Shown here piece after piece: positions 12,439 through 24,283 of a stretch of DNA of 64,000 nt. The DNA is from Fonticula alba ATCC 38817 (taxonomy: Eukaryota > Protista > Nucleariida). How positions within the stretch are numbered: position 1 is the first letter of the stretch; the number at the start of each line of letters is the position of its first letter. The notes under the pieces were generated by a model. That model saw only the letters and a program-made list of their open reading frames with translations, made no database searches and was not told where the DNA came from. Location of the stretch: assembly GCA_000388065.2 (NCBI GenBank), contig KB932202.1. One strand, given 5' to 3'. The position numbers and the translations under genes were made by a program.

Positions 12439-15400
12439 ATGACCGACGACGTTGAGGACTGGAATGCCTCCTTCGTTTTCGGTGGGGAGGCTGATGGGCT
12501 TGCCCTTGGTGGCGGCGCCGGCCGTGGGGGTCTCCGGCCGGTGGCCGCCGTCGCCGCCGATGCTCCCATCGCTGTCGGTCCGGCCTCCCTGACTCGGGCC
12601 CCGGCCACCGCCGCGGCGTCCTCCCTGCTGGACCGCTTCGCCGAGGAGGACAGTGACGGCTCCAATTGGGACGAGGCCTTTGACTCCGGCAGCGGGACCG
12701 TGTCGCCGGCCCTCGGGCCGACGCCCGCCGGGGCCGCCCTCGCCAGTGCCCCGGCCACGCCCGGCCCGGCCGCGACCCCGATCCCGGCTCCCTCCCCCAC
12801 GCCGGTCACCATCACGCCGCGGCTCCAACGGACCGGGACCATTGTGCGCACGTCGCGCGGGGCCGGGGCCCGCGCGGCCAGCGCCCCGGCCACCAGCCCC
12901 TCCCCGGCCGAGGCGTCGCAGCCCTCCGGCGATGGGCTGTCTTCCAGCTCCAGCAGCTGGTCCTTGACATCGTCCTCGGCCTCGGACGGGGACTTCTCGG
13001 CGTCCGGGACCGAGACCGAGACCGAGGCCGATCCCTGGGCCGGCACGGCGCCGGGTCCGGTGTCGGTGCCCGTCTCGGCTGCGGCCCCGGTGCGGCCCTT
13101 CGGCGGGGACCTCCTGCCGGCCAGCCCGCCGGCGGCGCAGGTCCTGCGTGCGGCCGTGACCGCGGCGGCCACCGCCACCGCCACCGGCGGCGGCGGCACA
13201 GCCACCCCCCGCCCGCGCACCCCCATCCAATCGCCGTCGAGCCTGCTGCCCGCGCTGGCCGGCGGCTCGGGGGCCGCCCCCCCGGTCCTGGTCGGCCGGG
13301 CGTCCAATCCGAATGACCTCCAGTCTTGGGATGACGATTTTGACTTCGACTCGCCTGCCTCCACCGGGGGGGGCTTCGCCCTGCCGGCCTTTTCCGGCAG
13401 CAGGTCCGGCGCCTCGACCGGCGGCGGGCTGACCCCCTCGCGCAGCACGACCAGCGTGCGCGCCGCACGCGGGCCCACCCGCCGGTCGGGCCCCGGCCAT
13501 GGCCGCACCCAGTCCACCTACCACGCCACCCCGGACCAGCACGCCCCGGCGGCCGGCCTGCCGGGGTTCCACCTGGCCGGGGCCACCAACTCCCCGGCTG
13601 CTGGCTCGCCATCCCTCAGCCGACGGTCCACCAGTGCGTCTGTCGCGTGCCTCCTCTCGGGCCGATGCCCCTACCGCCATCTCCCTGGCCACTTTGTCCT
13701 GCTTAAGCGGGCTCTTGCTCACCTTCTCGGCTCGTTTGTTTCGCTTTGCTTTGTGCCGGCTCGCTTCCCCCCCCCCCCCCCCTCCTCCCTTGGCGCCCGG
13801 TGTCCGGTGGCTGTGCCCGCCCCTTGCCCGCCGACGACCACTTTGTGACAGCATCTGCCGCCGGCGGGGCTCTTCCCCCTCCGTTGGCTTTCATCCGGCA
13901 CTCGGTGTTGGCCGGTGACGGGTTCAATGTTCCCGGCCTGGGGGCCGAGTCGACGGCCCTCCCCCCGGCGGCCCTGGCCACCGACATCAGCGACAGCGGC
14001 CAGTCATCGCTCTGGGGCTCGACCTCGGCTTCCTCCCTGTCGGCCGGCAACAGCAGCGGCCTGAGTGCCGAGTCTTGCTCCTCGCTGGCATCCCTGTCGC
14101 CGGCTTCCGGCGGGGATTCCGAAAGCCACTCGGACTGGGCCTCCGGCGGGGGGCTGACCATGCGCCTGGGCGATGGAAATGCCAGCCTGTCGGACGATGC
14201 GTTCTTCGATTCGGACGATGCGGCGCCGGCTGGCGGCTTGCGCTTGGCCCTGCCGATGGCCGGGCCCAAGGCACCCGCACCGCGGGCCTCTGTCCTGGAT
14301 GACTTTGCCGAGTCCGAGGATGGCGATGATGATTTCGCCGGGAGCTTTGCCACTGGCTCCGGCGGCGGTCCGTTTGGCGGGCTGTCGCTCGGCCTCGGCG
14401 CCGGCGCCGGCGCCGGCGATGACAATGCCCTCGATGATCTGGACGACTTCGATGAGGATTGGGATGCGGAGATCGCGGCCAAAGAGCGCGGTGCCGGGGG
14501 CCTCACACTGCCCGGGTCCGGCACCGCCGGAGCCGGGCGCGGCTCGCTGGCCGATTTCCAGGAGGACGATGACGACTTCGAGGTACGTCGGCCCTTGCTC
14601 CCTCCCCTTTTTCCTGTGCTCCGCCCCTCCTCTGCGTATCTGTTATCTGTCTTGCTCTCTTTCTCTCTTTCTCTCTTGCTCTCTTGCTCTCTTGCTCCCT
14701 TGCTCCCTTGCTCTCTTGCTCTCTTGCTCTCTCCCTCTCTCCCTCCCTCTCTCTCTCTTTCTCGCGACCGCCAAGGCTGTTGCTGACACTCCGGCCTTCC
14801 TCCCTCCTGCTTGCCTCCAGGACTGGGATGCTGAGTTGGGCATTTCCTCCGGCCCAGCAGCCTCCTCTGCCTCCGGTCCATCGGCCGTCAATGCCACCCT
14901 CTCGGCCTTGCGGAACGTCCTCTTTCAGTCGGACGTCTCGTCTTTCGCGCCGGTTCAGGAGCGCGAGGACTCGGTCCCCGCACGGCACACGGTTCCTCGC
15001 GGGCCGGACGGCCGGCCACAGGCAGCCGGCGTGGCGGCCGGCGCGGCTGGCACATACGTGCGCAATGACATCACCGGGACCTCGATGCTGGTGGCCAAGT
15101 TCCCCCGGCCCTCGCAGTTTGTCGACCGGGTCCTCAGGCCGCAGCGCGCCGGGGTCGTGGTCAATGAGCATGGCCTGACCGGGTTCCTGTCATCCCTGTC
15201 GGCCGAGCCCGGGGCCGCGGCGGCAGCCTCCTCCTCGGGTTCCACCGGCGACGGCCCGGCCGCGGCGGCCCCCGGGCCGCTGACCCTTGACGCATTGATC
15301 CAAGCCCTGTGCGCGGTGACCAGCGACAATTCGCAAGATGCCTGGGGCGGGTTCGGCCTCGGGGTGGGCCAGTCTTCGGCCCCGGCGGCTGGCGGGGTCC

Positions 15401-16719
15401 TGGCGCGCGCGGTCCATGCCCTGCCCCAGTCGCTGGATCTCCTGTCGGAGGCGGTTCTGCATGCATCCTCCGGCCTGCACCCGTCGGTGCCGCGTCTTCT
15501 TCGCCGGCATCTGTTTGGCTCGGCCGAGGCGGAGCGCATTGCGGCGGCCACACAGCCACGCGCGGCTGCCCAAAGTGTCAGCCGGTCGCGCTCGGAGTCG
15601 CTGCTCTCTGCCGGGAGTGCTCCCGTGTCGGGAGCGGGTGCGGCCCCGGCCCCGGCCCCGGCCCCGGCCCCGGCCGCCGTGTCAACCGGGCGCTCGGCCT
15701 CCATGTCCACCGGGGTCTCGGCCTCGGCCTCGGCCTCGCAGTCGTCCCTCTCCTCCGGGTCCTCCTCCTCCTCCTCTCCGGCGCCTTCCAGCTTGGCTGG
15801 GCTTTCCTCGAAGTTGTCGCTATCGAATCCGGCTCTGTCGGCACGGTCGCCGACGGGTCCTACCGGTCGGCGTCCCTCCGGCGGCGATGCCTCCCCCTCG
15901 TCCTCGACATTGTCCTTCTCCGAGGGCGGGGGCGGCGGGGCGGCCCCCCCGTCGGGCGGTCTGATGGGCGCCCTGTCGACGCCGGCCTCGCAGCGTGTTC
16001 TCCTTGGCCACCCGGCCTTCGGAGTGTGGCTCGGCTGGCACCTGGCCTCGGCGGTGGCCCTGCAGGCCTTGTCCATCGAAGCGGCCGGCGGCGAGACGCT
16101 CCAGCCGATTCCCACCTCCTCCGGGCGCGGGGTGCGCCCGGTGTCCGTCATTTCCACGGCCTCCGGGGGTCCGGGCGGGTCTGGGGCCCTGGCCGGTCTC
16201 CTGGCCCCGTCAACCAGCAGCGGCAAGCTTGTGGACACCGGCATGCTGCCGCCGACCTTCATCCTGCTGGAGCGGGTGCGTGCTCCCTCTCTTCGCCCTC
16301 GTCTCTGTCCCCCTTTCTTCCCCTGGGTCTTGCCACTCGCGTCTGTCGGCACACGGGAGAAGGAGGGAGGGGGGGGGTCAAGCGAAAGGGGGCTCCCCGG
16401 GGTGGCCTTCGATGTCCCTCTATCCGCCCTTGTGTCTGCCTTCATCTCTCTCCCTCCCTCTCCCTCCCTCTCCGTCCCTCTCTGCCGTCACCTTGCTCCT
16501 TCACTGCTAGCCATCTGACACCTGCTTCCCGGCCCCTGCCGGGCCACCGCGCGCGGCCATGTGGTGTAGTTTTTGCACACGCTATGCGCCTGTCTGGCCA
16601 CATGTGCCTCCGGCCGCGATCCCGAGGACGATCCGGTGGCCATCGTGCTGCTGGAGCGCTCGGTCCGGGACATCGTGGACGCCCTAGCAACGGTGGCTGC
16701 ATCGGCGGCAGCGACCTCG

Positions 16720-16758
<39 letters not shown>

Positions 16759-19700
16759 CCGGCTGCCGGTGCCCCTGGAGCCCCGCCCACCGGTGGGCCC
16801 GAGTCTTCCGGAGCCGAAGCGTCTCCCTCACGCGGGGCAGACGCCGTCGCCGGCGCCGGCGCCGCCACCGCCGGTGGCAGCCTGACGCGCAAGCTGTCGG
16901 CCGGGTCCGTGCGCCTGGCGCCCTCCTCGCCCTCGTCGGGGTCCTTGCATTTGCGGACCTCCTCCTCGTCGCAGTCGCTGGCATCGCTGTCGTCCACCGG
17001 CTCGGCGGCGTCGGGCTTCTCGCCGCGCAATTCCCCTCCCCCGCTGGTCCGGCGGTATCGCTCCACGGTGTCCCTGATGGAGGACTCGCCGCCGGGGCCG
17101 CGCGCCGGGGCCGGAGCCCCGGCCGCCGAGGCGGCCCCCCTGGCCCCGGAGCCGGCCACCGAGGCGCCGGTGGACAACGGCGACTCGGACTATGCCCTGG
17201 TGCTGTTTTACGTGTGCACCCTGCTTGAGTGGCTGTCCCTCGGGTATGAGCCGTCCTTCTGCAGCACGCACTACCACGCGACCACGGTCTATGACCTGGT
17301 GTCGCGGTTCTTCTACTCCTACTACGAGGTCATTGTGACGGCCATCCACTCGGCGGCGGTGGCGGCCGCCGGTGGCCCGGATGCCATCCCCGACCCGGAG
17401 AACTTCCGCATCTCCGACGACTTCCTGGCCTCGGTGACCGACCCGTCCATCTTGGGGGCCATTTCGGCGGCCGACGGGCTGGCCGTCCTGCTGGATCCGG
17501 TCCGGCGGCTGGAGGTCCTGGCGGCCGGGCTCGGCACGCGCATGCTCTGTCAGCGTGCGCCCACGCTGGCGGCCAAGGCGTCGCTGGCGTGTGCCACGCA
17601 CCGGCTCCTGGCCGGCGACGTGCCGGGCACCGAGGACTCGGCCTTCCAGGCCCTGTGGCTCCTGTGCTATGGGGTTGACGATCCGAAGGTGGCCCCGGTG
17701 GCGCCGGGAATTGCCCTGCTCACTGGCCGTGCGACGCCGGGCTCGCGGCCGTCCCTGCCGAATGCCCGGCCCCGGCCGGACTCCGGTGGCAGCCGCCTGT
17801 CGCTGTCCTCCTCTTCCTCGTCCCCCGGGGCCGGGGCCGGGGCCGGGGCCGGGGCCGGTGGTGGTGGTGGTGGCGGCGGCTCCTGGACCATCACTGGGGT
17901 GTTTGGCCACTCGCCCACCCCGGCCTTGGGTGGCTCCGGGGCCCCCACCTCCAGCTCTCTGAGCCTGGTTGCGTCGGACACCATGCCGGGCAGTCTCTTT
18001 GGCGATCCGGACACCGACTTCAATGACCCCTTCGATGTGAACATGATCGAATGGCAGGATGTGGCCCATGCGTGGCGGCTGTTCGAATCGCACGGTGCCC
18101 TGGCCTTCCAGGTGCGAGCCCCNNNNNNNNNNNNNNNNNNNNNNNNNNNNNNNNNNNNNNNNNNNNNNNNNNNNNNNNNNNNNNNNNNNNNNNNNNNNNN
18201 NNNNNNNNNNNNNNNNNNNNNNNNNNNNNNNNNNNNNNNNNNNNNNNNNNNNNNNNNNNNNNNNNNNNNNNNNNNNNNNNNNNNNNNNNNNNNNNNNNNN
18301 NNNNNNNNNNNNNNNNNNNNNNNNNNNNNNNNNNNNNNNNNNNNNNNNNNNNNNNNNNNNNNNNNNNNNNNNNNNNNNNNNNNNNNNNNNNNNNNNNNNN
18401 NNNNNNNNNNNNNNNNNNNNNNNNNNNNNNNNNNNNNNNNNNNNNNNNNNNNNNNNNNNNNNNNNNNNNNNNNNNNNNNNNNNNNNNNNNNNNNNNNNNN
18501 NNNNNNNNNNNNNNNNNNNNNNNNNNNNNNNNNNNNNNNNNNNNNNNNNNNNNNNNNNNNNNNNNNNNNNNNNNNNNNNNNNNNNNNNNNNNNNNNNNNN
18601 NNNNNNNNNNNNNNNNNNNNNNNNNNNNNNNNNNNNNNNNNNNNNNNNNNNNNNNNNNNNNNNNNNNNNNNNNNNNNNNNNNNNNNNNNNNNNNNNNNNN
18701 NNNNNNNNNNNNNNNNNNNNNNNNNNNNNNNNNNNNNNNNNNNNNNNNNNNNNNNNNNNNNNNNNNNNNNNCCCCCCTCCCCCCTTGCATATGCTCCTCA
18801 TGCCACGCGGGCTAACTCGAATCGCTGCCTCTCCGCCGGGGCTGTCCCTGTCTCTTGCCCTTCCTCTCGTGAATGACGCCCAGCCGGCTGCAAAGCGAGG
18901 AGGGCCGCCATGCGGCGGCCGAGGCCTGCCTCCTTGCGGCCATCCGGTCCCTCCCGCGGCAGCACCGGGTCATGTCGTATGCGGCCCTGCGCGCTGGGCT
19001 CGGCGCCGGGGGGTCGGTGTCGGCATCGGCCCCGCCGGTCGGCGTCCAGGCCTTGCCGCTGGTGGCCGACCTGGCGGCCCTGTACCTGGACGAGGGGGAG
19101 GTGGACAATGCGATCGTCCTGCTGGAGCATGTGCTTCTTCGCGATGCCATTGCCCCGGCCACGTCGTCGTCGCCGTCGTCGTCGGCGGCGGCGGCAGCGA
19201 CCCCGGCCGCAGCTGCATCGGGTTCCGCCCCCGGCTCGGCCGATGGGGAAGGCAGTGGGTCCGGTGTTGGGGCGGTCGCCGGGGCCGGCCCGAGCCCCGG
19301 TCCCGGCGACCGCGCCAGTGCGGGCGGGGGGTCTGCTCCTGCCCCGGGGCCCGGGTCGGGCGGTGGGCCGGGCGCTTCGACCGGCGCGCCGGGCCCCGGG
19401 ACCGGGCCCGGGGCCACCCGGTCGCCGGACTTGTCCACCGGTGCCGGGGCGGCGGCCGTGGCGGCTCTCAGCTCGGTCGGCCTGCCGGCCGGCCTGGCCG
19501 CCGGGTGGCCGCTGCACAAGCTGTCCCAGCCGCTGGCTCTCCTGGCGCGGGCTTACTCGCTGAAGGGCTGGCCGCGGGATGCCCTGTCGGTGTTGCTGCT
19601 CTTCGACCGCCATGATACCGGTCTGTCGGCGTGTCACATTTCCAGCCTGGTGTTCGGGGCGCTGCCGGCGTTCGGGGAAAACCGCGTGTGCCTGATGGCA

Positions 19701-22700
19701 CGCCGGCGCCTGGAAGAGGCGGCCGCGTCGGCCACCGGGCCGGGAGGGTCGACCTCGGCCGGTGGTGGGACCGGCGCCAGCGCCGGGACCGGCAGTGGCA
19801 GCTGCATCCCGGTGGCGGTGCCTTCGCCGGCGGCCGGCGGCGGCTCCGGCACCCTGGTCATCACCATCGGCGGGGTGGCCGGGGCCGTGGGCGGGCCCGA
19901 CACCCCGGTGGCCATGGATCCCGGGGCGTCGATCGGCGCGTCGGCATCCGTCGGGCCGTTGGGCGGCTCGCTGGCGGCCGGCGGGTCGACCTCCACCGGG
20001 GCCGGGCCCTTCGCCGGGCCGCCGACCAGCGGGGCCATGTACTTCAGCCTGACGACCCCGGGGCTGCGGTACCCGGTTCCCGAGTCGCTGCCCTTCAACA
20101 CGCCGAGCTTGGTATCGCGCACGTTGATCGCCTGCAGCATGCCTTCGGATGCCCTGCGGGTGGTGGACTGCTGGCAGGACCGGCTCTTTGCCTCGTCGGC
20201 GGCTTCGTCCTCTTCCTCGGCGGGGCCGGGCGCCGTTGGTGGCGGTGCCTCCTCCTCCGGAGCCGGCTCCGGAGCCGGAGCCTCGCCTGCCGGGTCGGCT
20301 CGGTCCACCTCGCCGGCTCCCGGCGGCAACGGCAGCGGCAGCGGCCTGTCCTCCTCCGGCCCGGCCACCGGCGGGTCCTTCCGCGGGTCGGCCGAATCGC
20401 TGCCGGCCCAGCTGCCCGGTGGCAGCGGCGACGCGTCGGCCTGGTCGCTGAGTGCCTCGGGCGGCAGCGGGCGCACGCGCGCCGACAGCGTGTCCTCGCA
20501 TGTCAGCGCCCGGTCGGGCCAGACAACCGCCTCTTCCGGGTCCGGGTCCGGGTCCTCGTCCCTGGGCCCGGGCGCCAGCCACCCGGAATCGCCGCAGTCC
20601 CTGTCATCCGACTCGCGGGCCTCGTCCTCCTCGTCGCTGGTGGCCCCGACGGTCGGTGGGTCCTTCTCGCCCAAGGCCCCGTCGCTGGATGTCCGCACGG
20701 CCGGGGGGGATCCCCCGGGCGAGGGCCCCCCCGGGGTGGTGGGGACTTGGGCGGCTTCCTCGCCGACGAGCCTCGACTCGCCACACTCGCCGACCGACTC
20801 GCTGAATGCCTCGCCCCGGGGGCGGGCCTCCTCCACCGGGGCCGATGGCGGCAGTGGCGCCGGCGGGGGCACCGGCTCCGGCACATCGGTCCGGCGCTTG
20901 AATTCCGGCAGCGGCCGGGGTTCCGGGCCCGGCGGCCCGGGGTCCGCTCCCGGTGGGCCGACCTCCGGCTCGTCGCTGGCCGCCCGCGGCCGGCTCATGA
21001 TGACCAAGGCCCGGGTGCTGCTGGCCCAAATCAATCACCAATCCTCGACCGTGGTGGATGCCTCCTCCTCGCTGTTGAACTCCACCTCGGCCAGCAGCCT
21101 GGCCGGGCAGGCCGCCGGGCCACCGCCATCTGGCAAGCAGTCGTCCATGTCCGGCGGGGGGCCCCTGTCACGGTCGTCCTCGGCCGGCCGGGGCGCGGGC
21201 GCGGGCGGTGCTCCGCTCCGGCCCTCGCAGTCCATTGACTCGCTTCTGTCGGCCGGGGCCGGCCCGCCGGGGGCCCTGGCGAGCTCGGCCCCGGCCCCGG
21301 CCCCGGCCCCGGCCCCGGCCCCGGCCCCGGGCCCGGGGGCCGCGCCTCTGGCCGGGTCCTTCTCCAGCCTGCCGCTGCCCGGCGACAGCGCCGAGTCCTT
21401 CCCCCAGTTTGTGGACATTTCGCTGGACGATGTGCCGGAGCATGTGGACGCGGTGGCGGCCGGGCCCGGGACCCCGGCGTCGGCCCCGGCGGCCGCGGTG
21501 GCCTCCGTCGGGTCGGCCATTTCGCGGGCCTTCTCCCATCGGCGAAGCCGGTCCGAAGGCCCGGCGGCCCTGGCCACGGCCGGCGACCTGTCGGGGCTGA
21601 CCGGCGGGGGGGTGCCGCCGCCGCCGCCGCCCCTTCCGCCGCCGGCTGTGGCGGCGGCGGCGGCGGCCGCGCTGGCGGCCCGGCGCCGGCCGGACTCGAG
21701 CGCCGGTGCCCCGGGCGCCGGGCCGCTCCACTCGCTGGACGACCTGGACCTGTTGCCGCCGACGCCGGTGACCCTGCCGGCGCGCATCCTCAGCGCGGAT
21801 GACGTGCACGCGCGCTGGGTCGGCCGGGCCAAGGCGGCCTTTGCCCAGGCGGCCCAGCTCCTGCAGGCGGCCGGCGACACGCTCGGCGTGCTGAAGGCCC
21901 GGGTCCGGTCGTGCGAGGCCCGCGTGGCCAAGCGCCTCCGGCGGATCTACCCCCCCGGGCGGCTGGCCATCACCTCGCTGTCGACGGCCTCGTTGTTGGT
22001 GATGCGGTCGTCGGTGGGCGATGCGCTGGAGTATGCCATCGCCATCGGTGCCTACCCGATGGCCATTCGCTGCCTGGTGGCCATGGCCGAGATCGAGTGG
22101 TGCGTGGCGTCGGCCGACTCGCTGGCGGCCCTGTCCGAGGCGGATCGACATGCGGCCCGGTGCGCGGCGGCCCGGTCCCGCGGGTACTGGGTTGAGGCGT
22201 GGCGCCTGGCGCAGGATGTCTACTTCCCGGATGGGACGACCTTCCGGTTCGGGCGAACGGGCGCCACCTCGGCGCGGACCCTCAGCAGCCTGCATGTCCT
22301 GCTGGCGCGGCTCTTCTGCCTGATGCGCATGTATTGCGCCTCCTCGGCGGCCGAGCTGGCCGAGGGGGCCGACCTGCTGGGCGATGGCCGGCCCCGGGCG
22401 GCCCGGTCCGGGTCCTTCTCCTCGGGGTCCTCCTCGGTGTCGGGGCCCGGGCCCGGCGACCCGGCCGGCGGGGGCCCCCCCTCGGAGGAGGACGACACGT
22501 CGTCCCTGGCCGATGGCGAGGGCAGGGCAGCCAGCCGGCCGGAGGATCCCGGCCAGGCCTTTGCCCGGCTGCATTGGCGCCTGCCGGTGGCGCTGGCCGA
22601 TGTCGAGTGGCGCATCAGCGTGTCGGTTCGGCGTTTCGGGGCCGGCGGTCGCGAGGCCGGCGGTGCGTGCGTCAGCGAGCCGCTGGCCCGCTTTGTCGGG

Positions 22701-24252
22701 CTGTATCCGCAGGCGGGCGGGCCGGTGGGCCCGGCCCCCGGGGCCGGGGCGCCCTCCGGCGCGGACCGGCTCTTCAGCGGCGTGCGCGGCGTCTTCCGCA
22801 GCCTGCTGGGCCTGGGCGGCGCGGAGGCCGGCAGCAAGGCCGGCCTCTCGGGCGCCGCCAGTGACAAGGCCGGCCCCGGGGCCGGGGCCGATACCGCGGC
22901 GGCGGCCCTGCGCCTGTCGGCCGAGGAGGCCGAGCGCGCCTGCCTCGCGGCCCTCGGGGAGGACACCTTCCGGGGGTTCCTTCGCACGGGGGGCGGCGCG
23001 CTGGCGGCCGAGTCGGCAGCCGCCGGGGGGTCCGGCGGTGCCGGCGGCAGCCCCCTGCGCTCTGGCGGCCGGGGCCCGGCCGGCGGGGCGGCTTCACCCG
23101 GCGGCCGTCCGCTCGGCGACCCGTCCACCTTCGACAGCTTCTACGACGAGGAGCCCCATGCCCTGGCCCTGTCGGCCGAGGAGCGGGCATGGGCCTGTAC
23201 GCGGCTGGTCCGGCGCCAACTCCGGGCCTTCCGCCGGGGCCGGCTGACCTACGAAACGGCGCAGTCGCGCTCCGGGGCCGCCTGGGCCGGGTTCTTCGGC
23301 ACCCTTTACCCCTCGGAGCCCGGGGTGGATGTCAATCACATCCCGCTGACCGGGGCCGGCCCGGCCGGGGACAGTGCCTCGGCCGGGTGGTTCCCGGCGC
23401 CGGAGGGGGGCCTCCTGCGGCCTGGGGCCACGGTCTCCGAGCAGGGCTCCGGCGCGGCCTTCTCCGGCCTGCCGCCGGCCAAGCTGCTGGTGGTTTTGAC
23501 GGCCGACGCGCCCAGCGCGGCGGCCACATGCGGCGGCAGCGGCGGCGGGTGCCCCGGTGCCAGCCCCGGCGGGCTGGACGGCCGCGAGTGTGTGCTCTTC
23601 TCGCCGCTGCTCGGGCGCTTCTTCTCCAAGAGCCTGCCGCGGTTTTCGCTCTTCGGCCCGGGGGCGATGCTCGGGGGCCCGATGGCCGGGGGTCCGATGG
23701 CCGGGTCTCTGGCGGCCCTCCTGCCGGCCGGTGCCGGGGGCCTCGGCGACGCCGGCCCCGGTGGCGGTGTCCCGGTGTCGGTCCTGTCCCCGGGGCCGGG
23801 GTCCTCCTCGGGCCCCGGCGGCGGGCCCGGCAGCGGCATCGGCCCGGGTGCCTCGTCGACCCCCAGCGGCATCGCCATGCCCCCCTCCGGGGGTGGACTC
23901 TACATCAATGTGCAGATTGGCAGCTCGCCGCGTGACTATGTGGTCCTGCGGGCGCAGGTGTCCGGCAGCCCGGCCGGGCTGCTCGGGCCCGCGGCCGGCG
24001 CCGGCCTGCCGGACGACCGGGACCTCACCGTTGCCACGCTGGTCCGGCTGCTGGTTCACAGCGCGTCCATGTCCTCGCCCATGGGGTCGGCCGCGTCGTC
24101 GGCCTTCTCCTCGCGCCAGCCTTCGGTCGGCATGGAGTCGGTCATGCAGGCGGTCGATCGCCGCCGGCAAATGCAGCAGGCCGACCAGCAGCCACAGCAG
24201 CCCCCCGGCCAGGGGGACGTCGCCAGCCCCGGTGTCGGTGTCGGTGTCGGTG

Positions 24253-24283
<31 letters not shown>

